Origin: Polymyxa betae A26-41
Taxonomy: Eukaryota > Protista > Endomyxa: Phytomyxea
Reading direction: 5' to 3'
NCBI GenBank assembly: GCA_003693705.1
Contig: RBZT01000499.1
Coordinates: forward strand, 186,001-250,000
DNA: 64,000 bases
Below the pieces are notes generated by a model, which saw nothing but the letters and a program-made list of their open reading frames with translations, was not told the DNA's origin and did no database searches. Positions 25,802 to 37,561 of this stretch are shown one piece after another. Position 1 is the first letter of the stretch. The number at the start of each line of letters is the position of its first letter. The position numbers and the translations under genes were made by a program.

Positions 25802-26179
25802 TTGGATTGGGCACTAGTCGGGGGAACCCGATCCGCGATAAGATTTGCGACTGTGGACATCTACCCGTGATGAGTTAAGTAACCCGGAGACCCTATCGGC
25901 CTATCCCAAGTTGCATCTTTAATGAAGGAAGTGAACCATTCCTAAACTGAAGTGTTCAAATCGATCGTTCCAAAGCAAACATGCTTCATGAACGATCAAC
26001 ATGCGTAATGAAACTCGGGAAGTCTTTCTAGTAGATGGGAATACAACCAGAGCAAAGCAAAAAATCTGTGCTGATTAATAAAGTGCTATTGTATATTCCC
26101 CCAACCCCAAAGGTCTGAGAAATAATTGCAAATAGCTGCAATCAGTAGACCGAAGACGTGGGATATTAGTCCCTTGATA

Positions 26180-27477
26180 TCAGAACAACGAAAAAAATAT
26201 GTATTGAAAAAAATTGTTAAGAATATCATTCACGGCAGACCCCATCCTGAGCAGCCGATGAGACATCTGTAAAACCAGAGGGAAAATTAGAATCTGTACT
26301 GAGGTAGCTAGTGCAGTGGCAATAGAGGGCGTGTCTGTTGGAGTAAAGGAATATGTCGAATAGAAATTGAGATCGTTATCGACATGCGTTGAGGCAGTCA
26401 TATAGACAGAGAGAGGACGACCATCACTACGTGCGAGTTGGCAGTAAAATTTTTGACCTATAGGAGCATGGAGATAGAAATTTAAGATCCTCTTGGAATT
26501 GACTAGCCACGAATCCGGATGGAATAACCTGACGTCATGAGTCAGGATTCTTCGTATGGGTAGGATTGTGTATCATACTTGTATATCAAAGGCAATAAAT
26601 GCGGGTTTTTGTCAACGGGATGGATCCCCTTTGACACCGCATCCTGTAAAACGTTTGCTGAGTAACCGAGCAACAGGGAAGCAGCAAGGTTCATGGTCAA
26701 TGAAGTATTTTCTCCATTTTGATAATAAACCACTTGTGGCGTATCCGAAGAAATCGGCGTCAGGTCCTATCACAACGACCTTTCTTAGATTAAAACACTA
26801 CGTTATTATTGAAAATTTACCTGAGGAGAACGTACCATTTCAATATCAGACGTAGCAAGGAGAGGGCAGCGCTCCGATTGAATTTGATAAAAATCAAATC
26901 GCTCAAGAAGCTGTGCAATTTCAGATTGAGGGAGAACCCACATTAATCCCTGACATATGCCATTCCTATCAAAACATTACGGAATGAACTTGAAAATCCA
27001 AAGCAAAACGGACAATTTTTTGGGTGCCAAGGTCAATTCGAGTTTCATAAGTTTGCTGATAGTATTGGGCCAGTTGATCCAAAATTCTCGAATCGACTGT
27101 GGAAAAGGTAAATCAGTAGTTAGCGGGATCATCGAGACTGCTATTAGGTGTGGGATACGTGTGGGCTTAGATACAAAGGCGTTCACACATGTTAGACCCA
27201 GCCCCAAACGAACGCACCGAGGACATGGTCGCACTGTGCTGCAAGCGACTTTAGAATGAAAGCATGCACTACAAGCTGGCGTCCGCAGACGCTTTGTGCG
27301 ACGACAGCTGGTGCTAATCTGGCGACTTTGGCACGATTCGCCTCGTTTTAGGTTAACACATCGGCTACATGGCCGTTGCCCATCGCATTTCTGCTTTCTT
27401 TCAGCGCAGGCAGAACAGGCGACCCGGACCTTTGCACGCTTGGTTCGACTAGCCTGGACAAGCACCGGCGCAAGCAT
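26180..27477 (-). CDS. Dual Zn(II)2Cys6 + PAS-like TF, paralog ZC4
   Basis: MLAPVLVQASRTKRAKVRVAC..., two clusters, TMNLAASLLLGYS, FHPDSW, QLARSDGRPL; 3' end approximate. Confidence 0.85.
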
Positions 27478-27587
27478 ACGGAAGAGACGACCCGATTTAA
27501 CCAACGAAAGGTAACAAATAACAAGCTCAAGCTGAGCATTGAAAAATTGCGTGACATAATATTGTTTAATCAGGACCTGGACGTCCA

Positions 27588-28186
27588 TTGACCTAGAGTA
27601 CAACTGACCAATGCCGGCAATGCGCACAACAATTTGATCAACTCCGCACGCAGTTTATTTTGACCTACAGGTACTTTGACCTATAATACGGACATTTAAC
27701 TGCGACCTGAAAATTGACCTACAGGCTACTGCTACAGCCACCATTTGGACCTACAAATTGACCTACCGGTATTTACACCGTGGAGGATTTTATTTAAAAG
27801 TCGAATTAATAAATTTTGGAGGAGTGTCTGACTCTTCCGAATGCCGCTTGAAAACAACGAATTTCCTGGCGCCATACGATATATTGTGTTGTTGTTTAAA
27901 CCACATCAATGTACATGCAAACCATGCTTCAAAAATGGTTGAAAACATTGCATAAAAACATGCAACTGCGCCTGATAATAATTGTTGAAAGTAAACGAAC
28001 CAGTGAAATCCAATCCAAGACTGAAATAATAATGTAAGCGGAGCGATCTGCAAAAATTTGTCAGGCACGCTTTCGCGAAAGCAATAGGTTTTAGGGTTTG
28101 TAGGTCAATTTGTATTTTGTAGGTCAAAGTGGTGACGGTAGGTCAATGTGTAGGTCTCTACGGTAGTGGTACAGTACAAAGGTCAA
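27588..28186. mobile_element. Putative non-autonomous foldback/MITE-like element with oppositely oriented TGACCTAC repeat arrays
   Basis: (T/G)GACCTA(C) at ~27589, 27661, 27677, 27715, 27747, 27759; reverse complement GTAGGTC at ~28100, 28119, 28138, 28150; imperfect inverted arms; no TSD identified. Confidence 0.55.
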
Positions 28187-28419
28187 GATTAGTCTTGTTA
28201 ATAAAAAATAGGCTCGGTCATCGGCAGGCCTCTTTTATATACGGGCCGATCCGTAAATTTTGACATTTATTTATCAGTTAATCCCTAAAAGTTGCTGTTT
28301 ATCAAACTGTAGTCATTTAAATACAAAATCGAAAATTAAGTCCAAACAAATTTGCGTCAAGTCACGGAATTTGTTCAGACCTAAATCCGGTCTGGAAAAA
28401 TTATTTACGTCAAGGTTTT

Positions 28420-29090
28420 GAATGCTGTGTGGTTGTGGAAGTCATCCAGTGAGATTCTTCTCTTTCTATCTCTACGGATGGCTTGATCAAACCTGGTTAG
28501 TCACTGCATCAAATATCGAGCGCCCGGATGATGATAAAATACTGAAGAAGTTCATTCTGCCGAGACTCCAATTATTTGAGATATCCCGATTGATTTTTAC
28601 GCCACATTTAGAACAGATCATGTACCAAGGATCTACCGATTGTCGTTTGAACTGAGCACATTGAAAGAACATCTCTGCTGTGATTTCGGTTGTTCCGGCT
28701 TTAGCTACCACTTGATGCAGTGATCAATGAGGATTGGACATCCAGTCCTCATGATATCGTTGCACGAGATTATATGGCAAACTGATAGGATAACAGTTGA
28801 TAACTTTTGTTGAACGCTGGTGGATCCGGGTCGATTTCAAGAGATCGACAGATATGTGCTTGTATTTATAAAATCGAGCATGAATTCAGCATCGTGCCTT
28901 GGACACAAACATGTTGATTAGAACGTTCGCGTTTGTGCATTAGAAGTCCTCTTTTAAACCGATACAATACGATTGAATCTTTCATATTGGTAGCGGATGA
29001 TCATCCTCCATCTGCACTGCTGATATAGGAATATTGAACTTGATATTGGGCACATTCAGTGCATTATATGCTCGTGTACAGATGCTAAAT
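28420..29090 (-). pseudogene. Degenerate reading frame, possibly a TnpB/Fanzor-like nuclease C-terminal relic
   Basis: About 200 codons in one frame with only about 4 stops, including ...QCAQFKRQSVDPWYMICSKCGVKINRDI (Zn-ribbon/RuvC-III-like CxxCG-x3-NRD). Confidence 0.25.
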
Positions 29091-29894
29091 CTGCAAAAAC
29101 ATCACAAAATTATGTACCAGTAAAATGGATGTACTCGGTTTCTGGAGTTCGCACAGCGACGAGATAATCAGAAAAAAATACGCAACAGGATGCAGCCGTT
29201 CGACCTAGTTTGTCGAAAGCAAAGGGAACTGGTCACAAAAGCACATCGTTGATCATCCTGGCAATCAAATTGTAGCTATGAAATAGCTTGAATTTATTGA
29301 TTAAAGGACGTCAAGGCAGGTGGAATGGTAGAATTGGCTTCAGGAGTTAAAGGAATGGGCGTCAATCTTTGTTTCTGGCCTGAAAGTTCTCAAGATCAAC
29401 GACATCAACTACTTAGTTGCTGCTTGATATTGTATTAATTTATCTGTCATTTCACCGGCGCTCTTTTATCGCATTCAGCTGCTGCTGTTGGGCAAAGAAA
29501 GATCCCAGACAGAGAGTTCGCTTGTCTTTTAGAATCGTGATCCAGTAAGGTCAAGGGAGTTCAACAGAGTTCTTAGTAGTACTATAGCATGGCAATCCAT
29601 CTGCTGTACTTTTATAAATTGCAAGAAAACCGGAGCGAGCAATTTCCTGATTGGTTCTATTTGCTATTAGCTCTCGGACGGCACTTCCCTCCAATCCAAC
29701 AATTTGCCAATGTTAACAAATGTATTCCCGATATTCTGGAACTAATTCAGAAATGGCCAAGAATTGGATTTGGCAGCGCCGCCTGTTGATCCTTTTCAAA
29801 CACACAATTTCATTCCATGCAGTTTGCCATAGGAACGAAACGTCTAATTTCACCAGAAGTGCCTTAGAAATTACAGTGTAACTTCAACATCTAT

Positions 29895-31086
29895 TCAAGG
29901 GCATACAATTCCTTGCGTAGGAGTGCTGATAATGGAAGAATTGGATGGAGCAGGACGTTCTACCATCTTAAATGTAAACGTCGCTCGATAAACGCCGTCT
30001 TTACTAATCGAAGCTGCGAGAGTCGCCTGGACAGGAAGTGCCCGACCATCACATCGTGCAAGTTGGCAGTAGAACGTCTGACAAGTTACGGATGGATGAA
30101 GATAGAAATTCAAGACCACGTTGGAATATGTGACCCAAGAATCCGGGTGGAAGAAACTGAAAAACGATTATCATTTAGAGCAGTGAAGTTTACGATTGAA
30201 ATTGTTACTTATAGATAAGTGGAAGGAAGTTTGGATTATTATCAGCGGGATGAATTCCATTTCTCACTGCATTGTTCACTGCATTTGCTGTATAGCCAAG
30301 CAACCGAAGACCGGCGCTATTCAAGGTAATCGAGGTGCCCGTGCGATCTCGAAAGTATGACATTTCTGGAGCGTCAGGGACGCTTGAAATCGTTGTACAA
30401 TCCTATAGACAGATCAATCAAAGTGAAGAATTTACGAAGACTGACTGGTTCACTTCATAGCATTCAATGGTATCGTCTAAACAATTTAAATGGTGATTGG
30501 ACCCTTCTGATATAAATTCCAACGAATCAAAACCTCTTCGTAGGATTTCCATATCATCAGGAAGCACCGCCCATGTCATTATGCTATAAAGTCTAACCCT
30601 GATATCAATTAGAGAGAGCATCAAAACCAAGAACGCAGCGAACAGTTTTTCAGGCGATAACGCCAAATCAAATATCACATTCGAACTGAGGAGTTTCGGC
30701 CAGCTAATCCAGAACTCTCGAACAGACCGCGAAAACGGCAGAGTAAGCGCTAAAGGTGCCATTTCACGAGCCCATACTTTAGGTGTTAGCAAACTTGATG
30801 CAACGCAAGCGAGACTCAGCCCCAGTCGAAAACAACGAGGACATGGCCGTTCTTGGCTGCAAGCGACCTTGGCAAACGAGCATGCACTGCAGGCGGCCGT
30901 TCGCAGACGATCTCGACGAGGACGACGCCTGGAGTTTTTCTGTCGGTCTTGGCAGGAGCCGTCTATCTGGAGCTTGAAGCAGCGGGCGCATGGACGCTCC
31001 CCATTACATCGTACTTTGCTGCCAGCACAAGCTGAGCATGCAATAAGGACCCTCTCTCTTGGAGGTGGACCTCAAACCAGGATCAT
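29895..31086 (-). pseudogene. Dual Zn(II)2Cys6 + PAS-like TF, paralog ZC5, in-frame TGA at codon 5
   Basis: ATG ATC CTG GTT TGA (31086-31072), then an open frame through both clusters and intact-looking downstream exons. Confidence 0.7.
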
Positions 31087-31419
31087 GTTGTTCAGCAATG
31101 AGCACGGAGACCTGATCTGTGTTAAACGGAACTGAGCGCACCCAACTCCTCCATGGTATCATACAGTTGCAGGCCGTACTCAGGCATTCACAACAATCCA
31201 TACAAGCTCCAATTGAATGAAAAAACCACCAATAAGCCAGAGCAGATACGGCTGAGAACTCAGAATTGCCAACATTACGCTCAATAAAATCTTGTCAATC
31301 CACAGTTTAATTTCGCACCTATAGTTATGTTTATGAATGCGTTGGTGTCGAGATAGAAACATTCTGGAAGCATAACATTGGATAGCAAAAGTATAACCGT
31401 TTTGGTATGCAGTATCCAG

Positions 31420-32236
31420 TCAGTGATCGAAAAAAAACACGGAATCTGGGACAGAGGGAGAGCCGGCGGCAGCAAATGAGAAACTGGTTTTGACACTCTG
31501 ACTGTAGGAAGAGACTGTTATATTGACAGGAAGGGGACGACCATCAGATCTCGCTATGGTCTGTACAAGAGAAACTTGAGGATTAGGTTGGAAAGGGTCA
31601 GCCATGAATTGGGATGGAAGATAATGATAATCGGAGATCATCAGAATCCTGCAAATGTAAGCAGCCTATTCCTTACTAGTATAGAAAGGCCCACACAGAT
31701 TACAGAGTGCTCAAGGTTAATGGCAAAAAACGACAATCCTTCAGGCCACAAAGCCAGATCAAGCGCGATCATCGGGTTCCAACGATCGTGGGCCAGCTAA
31801 CCCAGAATTTTCGCGAGCGCTGGAACGGTAATGCGATCTGCAAGGGCGACATTTCCCGAGCCCATAATCGAGGGATAGAGCCGGTTATAGTCCAAACTGG
31901 TGCCAAAAATGATCGACATAATCCCAGACGAAGAAGGCCGTCCACTGCTTCAAGCCGTTTTCGCATACGAACAGGCATCGCAGGCTGATAATCGCAACGG
32001 CGTCGAAGGCGACAATTGCTCGAACGGTCTTGGCAGGAATCGCTGATCCCAACGTTCGCACATCGTCTGCATGGACGCTGTCCATCACATCTCGACTTCC
32101 TGTATACGATAAGCACATGAGCTTCAGTGATGATCGATCAACGTCAACAAAAAATGACCTTGAAGCGCAGGCAGATGAGGCGATCCCACACCCTTGAAGA
32201 ATGAGATGATAATAGAATAGTCGGCTCGGCGATCAT
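31420..32236 (-). pseudogene. Decayed dual Zn2Cys6/PAS paralog ZC6
   Basis: First Cys lost (IASSAC), frameshifts in cluster 2, middle exons deleted, last exon retains IARSDGRPLPV. Confidence 0.8.
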
Positions 32237-32659
32237 ACCGCAGATCACTGCTGATCACGTCTTCTACAAACCCTACTTCTGCCCACTCAATTCCAACTTT
32301 GCTGGAAGCGAATTGATTGCGATTGCATACGTTGGTGTTGATAACGGCCCTTGGACGACATAACTGATATCAGGTATGTGGTATCGGAGGTGGTTGATAA
32401 ACGAAATGCCCATTGGTTTGATGGTTGACATTTGAATAGCGTTTGATAGGGCAGAGCTACTGCTGAGTCAGGACCAGAGCCTAATTATGGCATGATGAAC
32501 CCAAAGCAATCCTAACTTCTTGCATAGTTCAATTGAAGGAGACGGGTTAGCAATTCGCGAATGCGTTCAAATTAACGAATTGCAGTTAATTGGGATCAGG
32601 TTGTCGCTCTGCTAGAATAGCTGGAGGAGAGAAGGCTATGTATTAAAATATAAACACGA

Positions 32660-33864
32660 TTAAATAAGAGTTTTGTCATGGGCTAAGATGGCGAGAGAAG
32701 CAGGTACAGCAGTAGGCTGAGCAATGGTAAACGAGAATGTGGCTCGAGCTGCGCGTGGTGAGATTGAGACGACCATGTGGACAGGTAGAGGACGACCATC
32801 ACATCGTGAGAGCTGGCAGTCAAATTTCTGAACCGGTAGAGGCATTTGAAAGGGAATCGTTTGACATGAAGCCAGTAAGAAGGAGACATAAATATGTAAG
32901 ATGACATTAGACAGGATCAGCCATGAATCAGGATGAAAGAAACTGGATTCGTTAAGAGAGAGATCCGGCCATGAATCAAATATTCTTACTTATAGATGAC
33001 GGGCAGAAAGTTATAATTTTTATGTATAGGATGGACACCCGACATGGCCGCTTCCTCCAGATCTTTCTCTGAGTATCCGAGCAGGCTGAGAGCGGGCCTA
33101 TTCATGCTGACGGCGTTGCCTGAACCCGTTCGATAATAAGAGAATTCGGGAGTCCCAGGAGGCATCGGCCTCATTTCCTGATAGAAAACCCGTCAAATGG
33201 ATATCCGATGCAGACGCGAGAAGGCACCTGAACATATTCAATCATGATATCAACAGAATCGGAATCGCAAATCTCATAGTCCGATGCTATTTGGAACGTG
33301 TCGAACTGACTTCTAAGATTGCCAAGCTGATCAACAGGAACGGCCCATTGCAAGGCACCGCACAGCATATCCCTAAGCAGGACATTACAGAAAGCGAGGC
33401 AATCAACAGCGATCGAACAATGATTCCGGCGACAGCGCCAGATCCAGCGCCTCCGGCTGAGTGAGCGATTTTCGCATGTTGAGAAAGAAATCGCGAACGA
33501 ATTCAGGGAAAGGCAAGGTGAGGGATAAAGGCGCCATCTGACGAGCCCATACTCGGGGAACACGTCCAGATAGCTGCAAACTGGATGCAACACATTCGAG
33601 ACCAAATCCCAAGCGAGAGCAGCGAGGACATGGTCGTTCGGTGCTGCAAGCGACCTTGGCATACGAGCAGGCGCCGCACGCGGCCGTTCGCAAGCGCCGA
33701 GACCGACGACAGCCGGCGGATTTCAGGCGATCCTGGCAGGATTCGACGATCTGGAGATGAACGCAGCGGCTACACGGGCGCTGCCCATCGCATCTGAGCT
33801 TGGTTCTCGCACAGGCCGAACAGGCGATCCGGACCCTTCGACAGTTGCTGGGACGCGGGATCAT
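32660..33864 (-). CDS. Dual Zn(II)2Cys6 + PAS-like TF, paralog ZC7
   Basis: ORF 33403-33864 with two clusters; SMNRPALSLLGYS, FFHPDSW, QLSRCDGRPLPV. Confidence 0.85.
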
Positions 33865-34964
33865 CAGACTGTCTCGGAACGGGAAACCCCAACCTGTCCG
33901 AGTGTGCGGGATGGGCTAGTACAGTTATAGCGCGGCTCCTGGCTGCAAACTTCCCGGAGCCTTCATCAAACAGCAGTGAGTCTATTCGGAGTTCGTATTT
34001 CTTTGTTAGGAACAATCTCGTGCAGGCGCCGGTTCGTCGTCAATGAAGGCTGTAATTTTAACTTATCGCCTTTATAACGTGTCGCTGCATTGGAGATGCA
34101 ATTGGGTTTGTGCGGTTCGGCATCTTCCTGGGTGGCCATGGCAAAGGTATCAAGAGTAAGGGCAAGAATCTCTACAATGGATATCATCAGGTAGATTATT
34201 CAACTGGATTTGGGATCCCCGATGGGCAAAGATCTATTGAAGTAGCCGTAGCCGATATTCGGCCATTGCCAAGCTCGTTGTTCGCCATCTCTGGCTTCTT
34301 GCATATAATTATGGCAAACTGACAAAGATCGTAGTGCATTTGCTGAAGCTGCGGGTGTATAAGAGCAACCTTAACAATGCTAGTTGATTAAAACATGCGA
34401 AGAGCAGTCGTAGATTGACAGTTCCAAATCTAGGGAAAGATTCGAATCGATTACTATCATGACGCTCGAGGCAGACATAATCACATACTGATTAGAGGAG
34501 TCAACAGAGATGAAGCCAAATACAGCTATGATGCCAACATAACAGGCCTTTATCTCTCTATGTGTTGCTGCAGCCTTCTAAAAGAGGTTTTCGCAATGCG
34601 AACTTGTCAGGGCGCATGGCTGCCACCGCCCGCCCGCAAAACCTGATGCAACTGATCCTAATCTAACGGTGTCGTTAACTAAACACTCGTCAGCAGCCGC
34701 AATGGTTACAACGTGGACAGGCCAGCTATCGACATTCGCTTGTTCGGCGCAAGCACCGTGCTGAAAGTAAGATGACTCTTGTGTCGGCTGGATTATAAGA
34801 ACAAAGGGCTGGACATCTATGGATGGCGAATGAGGTCAGCTTTCCTTCAATTTACTGGACTTTAAATAGTAACAATATCATAGATCTCAGTAGATAGGCT
34901 CACAGAGTTATTTGCAATTGGTATGGTTTGTTTAGGAAATTTACAAAATCAAAAGGAAATCTTG

Positions 34965-36208
34965 TCATGATGGTTCATCAGGCGGAGGAAGGGCTAATAA
35001 TGTGTCGGGTGCAGCGGGTGGATCAGCGACCGTAAACGAAAGGCTCACCCGAAAATCTTTCTCATAACCTTTACCCCCAATCCAGACTGACATCGTCATA
35101 TGAACAGGAACAGGACGTCCATCACATCGTGCTAATTGGCAGTATAATTTCTGAAATAGCGGCTGGTACAGATAGAAATTTAATATAACGTTCGAGAGAC
35201 TCAGCCAGCTATCTGGATGGAAGAGCCTATGAGATTGATCAGTTCCGAACCATGACCAGAATTTCATAATCTGACTTGTAGATGAAAGGTACAAAGTCTG
35301 GATTGTTTTCAATGCAATGGACTGATTTTAGTACAGCTTTCTTTAAAGTGTCAGTTGAATAACCAAGCACACTACAAGCGGGCGCATTCATGGTGATGGA
35401 TGTCTTATGGAATGCATCCGGTGCATGATTTCGAAAGTAAACGATTTGTGGCGTTCCCGGTTGATGAAGCGTCGGTGAGAAATCCTATCGCAACAGTTAG
35501 TTTGAAGATTCAGTGATGATATTCACATGACAAATGAGACCTCAATAGGCAGTATCATGCTATTTACAGATTGTGATACAAGGTCTTCATGATCAGCTAA
35601 GACTTTATAGCAATCGAAGTGCTTGCGAAGTTTCTGCAAATCGGGACCAGGTAAAGCCCATAGCAGAGCATCACAGACGCCGTCCCTGAATAATTGTTAC
35701 AGAAAGTCATATTGATGTCCGATTAAGCAACGAACAATCGTTCAGGCGACAAAGCCAGTTCGAGGGCGACGAATGGATTCAGAGATTTCGGCCAGTTGAG
35801 CCAAAACTCTCGTAGCTTATGCGGGAACGGTAAAGCGACTGCCAAGGGCACCATTTCATTAGCCCAGACCCGACGGGTAAGCTTGGGTTTCTGTACAACA
35901 CTGGATGTCACACACGAATATACCATGTTTAGACGAACGCAGCGCGGGCAAGGTCGCAAAGCGCTGCATGCGACTTTTGAGTATGAGCAGGAAGTGCAAG
36001 CTGCCGTCTGTAGACGATGGCGGGGTCGGCGACAATCATGATTGTTAGCAGGGCGATCTTTGCAGGACCCGGCTAATCGGAATTTAACACATCGGCCGCA
36101 TGGGCGCTGTCCATCGCATCGCAGCTTCCGTTTAGCACAGGCTGAGCAAGCGATCCGAACCCTGCGTCGATCGCTCCGAGCCGGGCCAATGCTCGGAGCG
36201 AGAACCAT
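34965..36208 (-). CDS. Dual Zn(II)2Cys6 + PAS-like TF, paralog ZC8
   Basis: MVLAPSIGPARSDRRRVRIAC..., two clusters; TMNAPACSVLGYS, LFHPDSW, QLARCDGRPVPV. Confidence 0.85.
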
Positions 36209-36635
36209 ATTTGAATGGTAAGACTTGACTGGTGGTCGGTTTCTGCTATCTGGGAAATCAAACGCAACTGTTCCATTGCTGTAGAGTTCATAGAAACGCA
36301 GCCTCCCTGTCGCACATTTCATATTGATCATTTGGGTTTGAACGCTCACTGCCTGTCAATCAATCACCAATCATTGGGGGGCCTTGTCATCACTCCGACC
36401 CGACTGTTGTCCAAGATTGCCTTTTCAGATCCGTGTCGGTGCGTGCTGGCTCCTGTCAGTCGATTATACCGAAACCGGAGGCCGATCAGCGCTCTGTAGC
36501 TTCGTTAGGAATTCGCTCAGTCTTGCTTCTGCCATAACCGTTTTTTGCTTTAGCTATCTCTTTCCCATTTTTAGATATGCCCTTTTTTAGATATGCAATA
36601 AATCAGCACTTTGCAATCAACTGCGAGATTGGGGT

Positions 36636-37110
36636 CTACCTTATTCCATTGTGCGTGCAGGGTGACGTCTGCGTAGGTGCTTTGTTTATACGTAAATTGC
36701 ATTGTTTGTGTGCACAAGATCTCCCATCAATGAGGATTGTCGATACTGTCCATCGGGTGTTCGTATCTGGACTTGTTGTCTCCACTGTCGATGGGTTTTG
36801 GACGCATCCGGGCCTACATTGACATCTGTTTAGGTCGTTTTGGGCGGATTCGTAACCATTGGGGTTGGTGACATCATACAGCGGCGATATCAACGCAGCA
36901 GAAAGAGCTCTGCTAATTCAGTTACCACGTCTGGTTCTGAATGATTTTACTTTTGCAAGGCTTACATTTCCATCCTCATTGTTACCAGATGTCATTCTGC
37001 ACCAAGTTTGAAAGCCCCCAGAATGCCCTACATTTGCATTTTTGCTGAACGTACACAGTCAGTAAACTCGTATGAATCATTCGCTTCGTTTTGAGGTGGT
37101 TACCTATCAG
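36636..37110 (-). CDS. Small multi-exon Cys-containing hypothetical protein (start not resolved)
   Basis: ORF 36636-36893 (CQCRPGC...C...C...C) with upstream GT-AG-bounded mini-exons (GHSGGFQTWCRMTSG). Confidence 0.3.
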
Positions 37111-37561
37111 AGGCGGTTACGGTAAGCTCGTTTAGAAAGTATTGTCTTGTATCGCTCAAGAAGCAATTACGAATGCTGCCGCACAGACTTCGGTTTTAGC
37201 TTGCAGAGGAGCTAAATGTGATTTCATTGCCAATGATTCCTTCGGTTTTACTGCCGATTTTTTTCAGCTAATGCTTGGAGATGAATCTCTGGCTTATAGT
37301 TACGTCTTGCGGCTTAGAATTATATTTATAATATTAGATCCGGATCGGATCGCGATGGAACTTACCCAATAATGGTCAACGACATGATCACTTATATGCT
37401 GGTATTCGGCTCCAGTTATCGGCACCCAGGACTAAACGTTATCAATTGATTTTGCGTTCGTTCCTGCAAAATTTTATCCAATTAGCTGCCGATATCCTTT
37501 GCCACGATTAGCCGGTCAAATAAAGAATAATTGTTGTCATTTATCAACACCTCTCAACAAT

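Noticed and set aside
28089-28096. TTTTAGGG telomere-like motif
   Set aside because: Single copy; not an array
34000-34900. 0.9 kb spacer between ZC7 and ZC8 with short ORFs
   Set aside because: No recognisable homology to array exons or known domains
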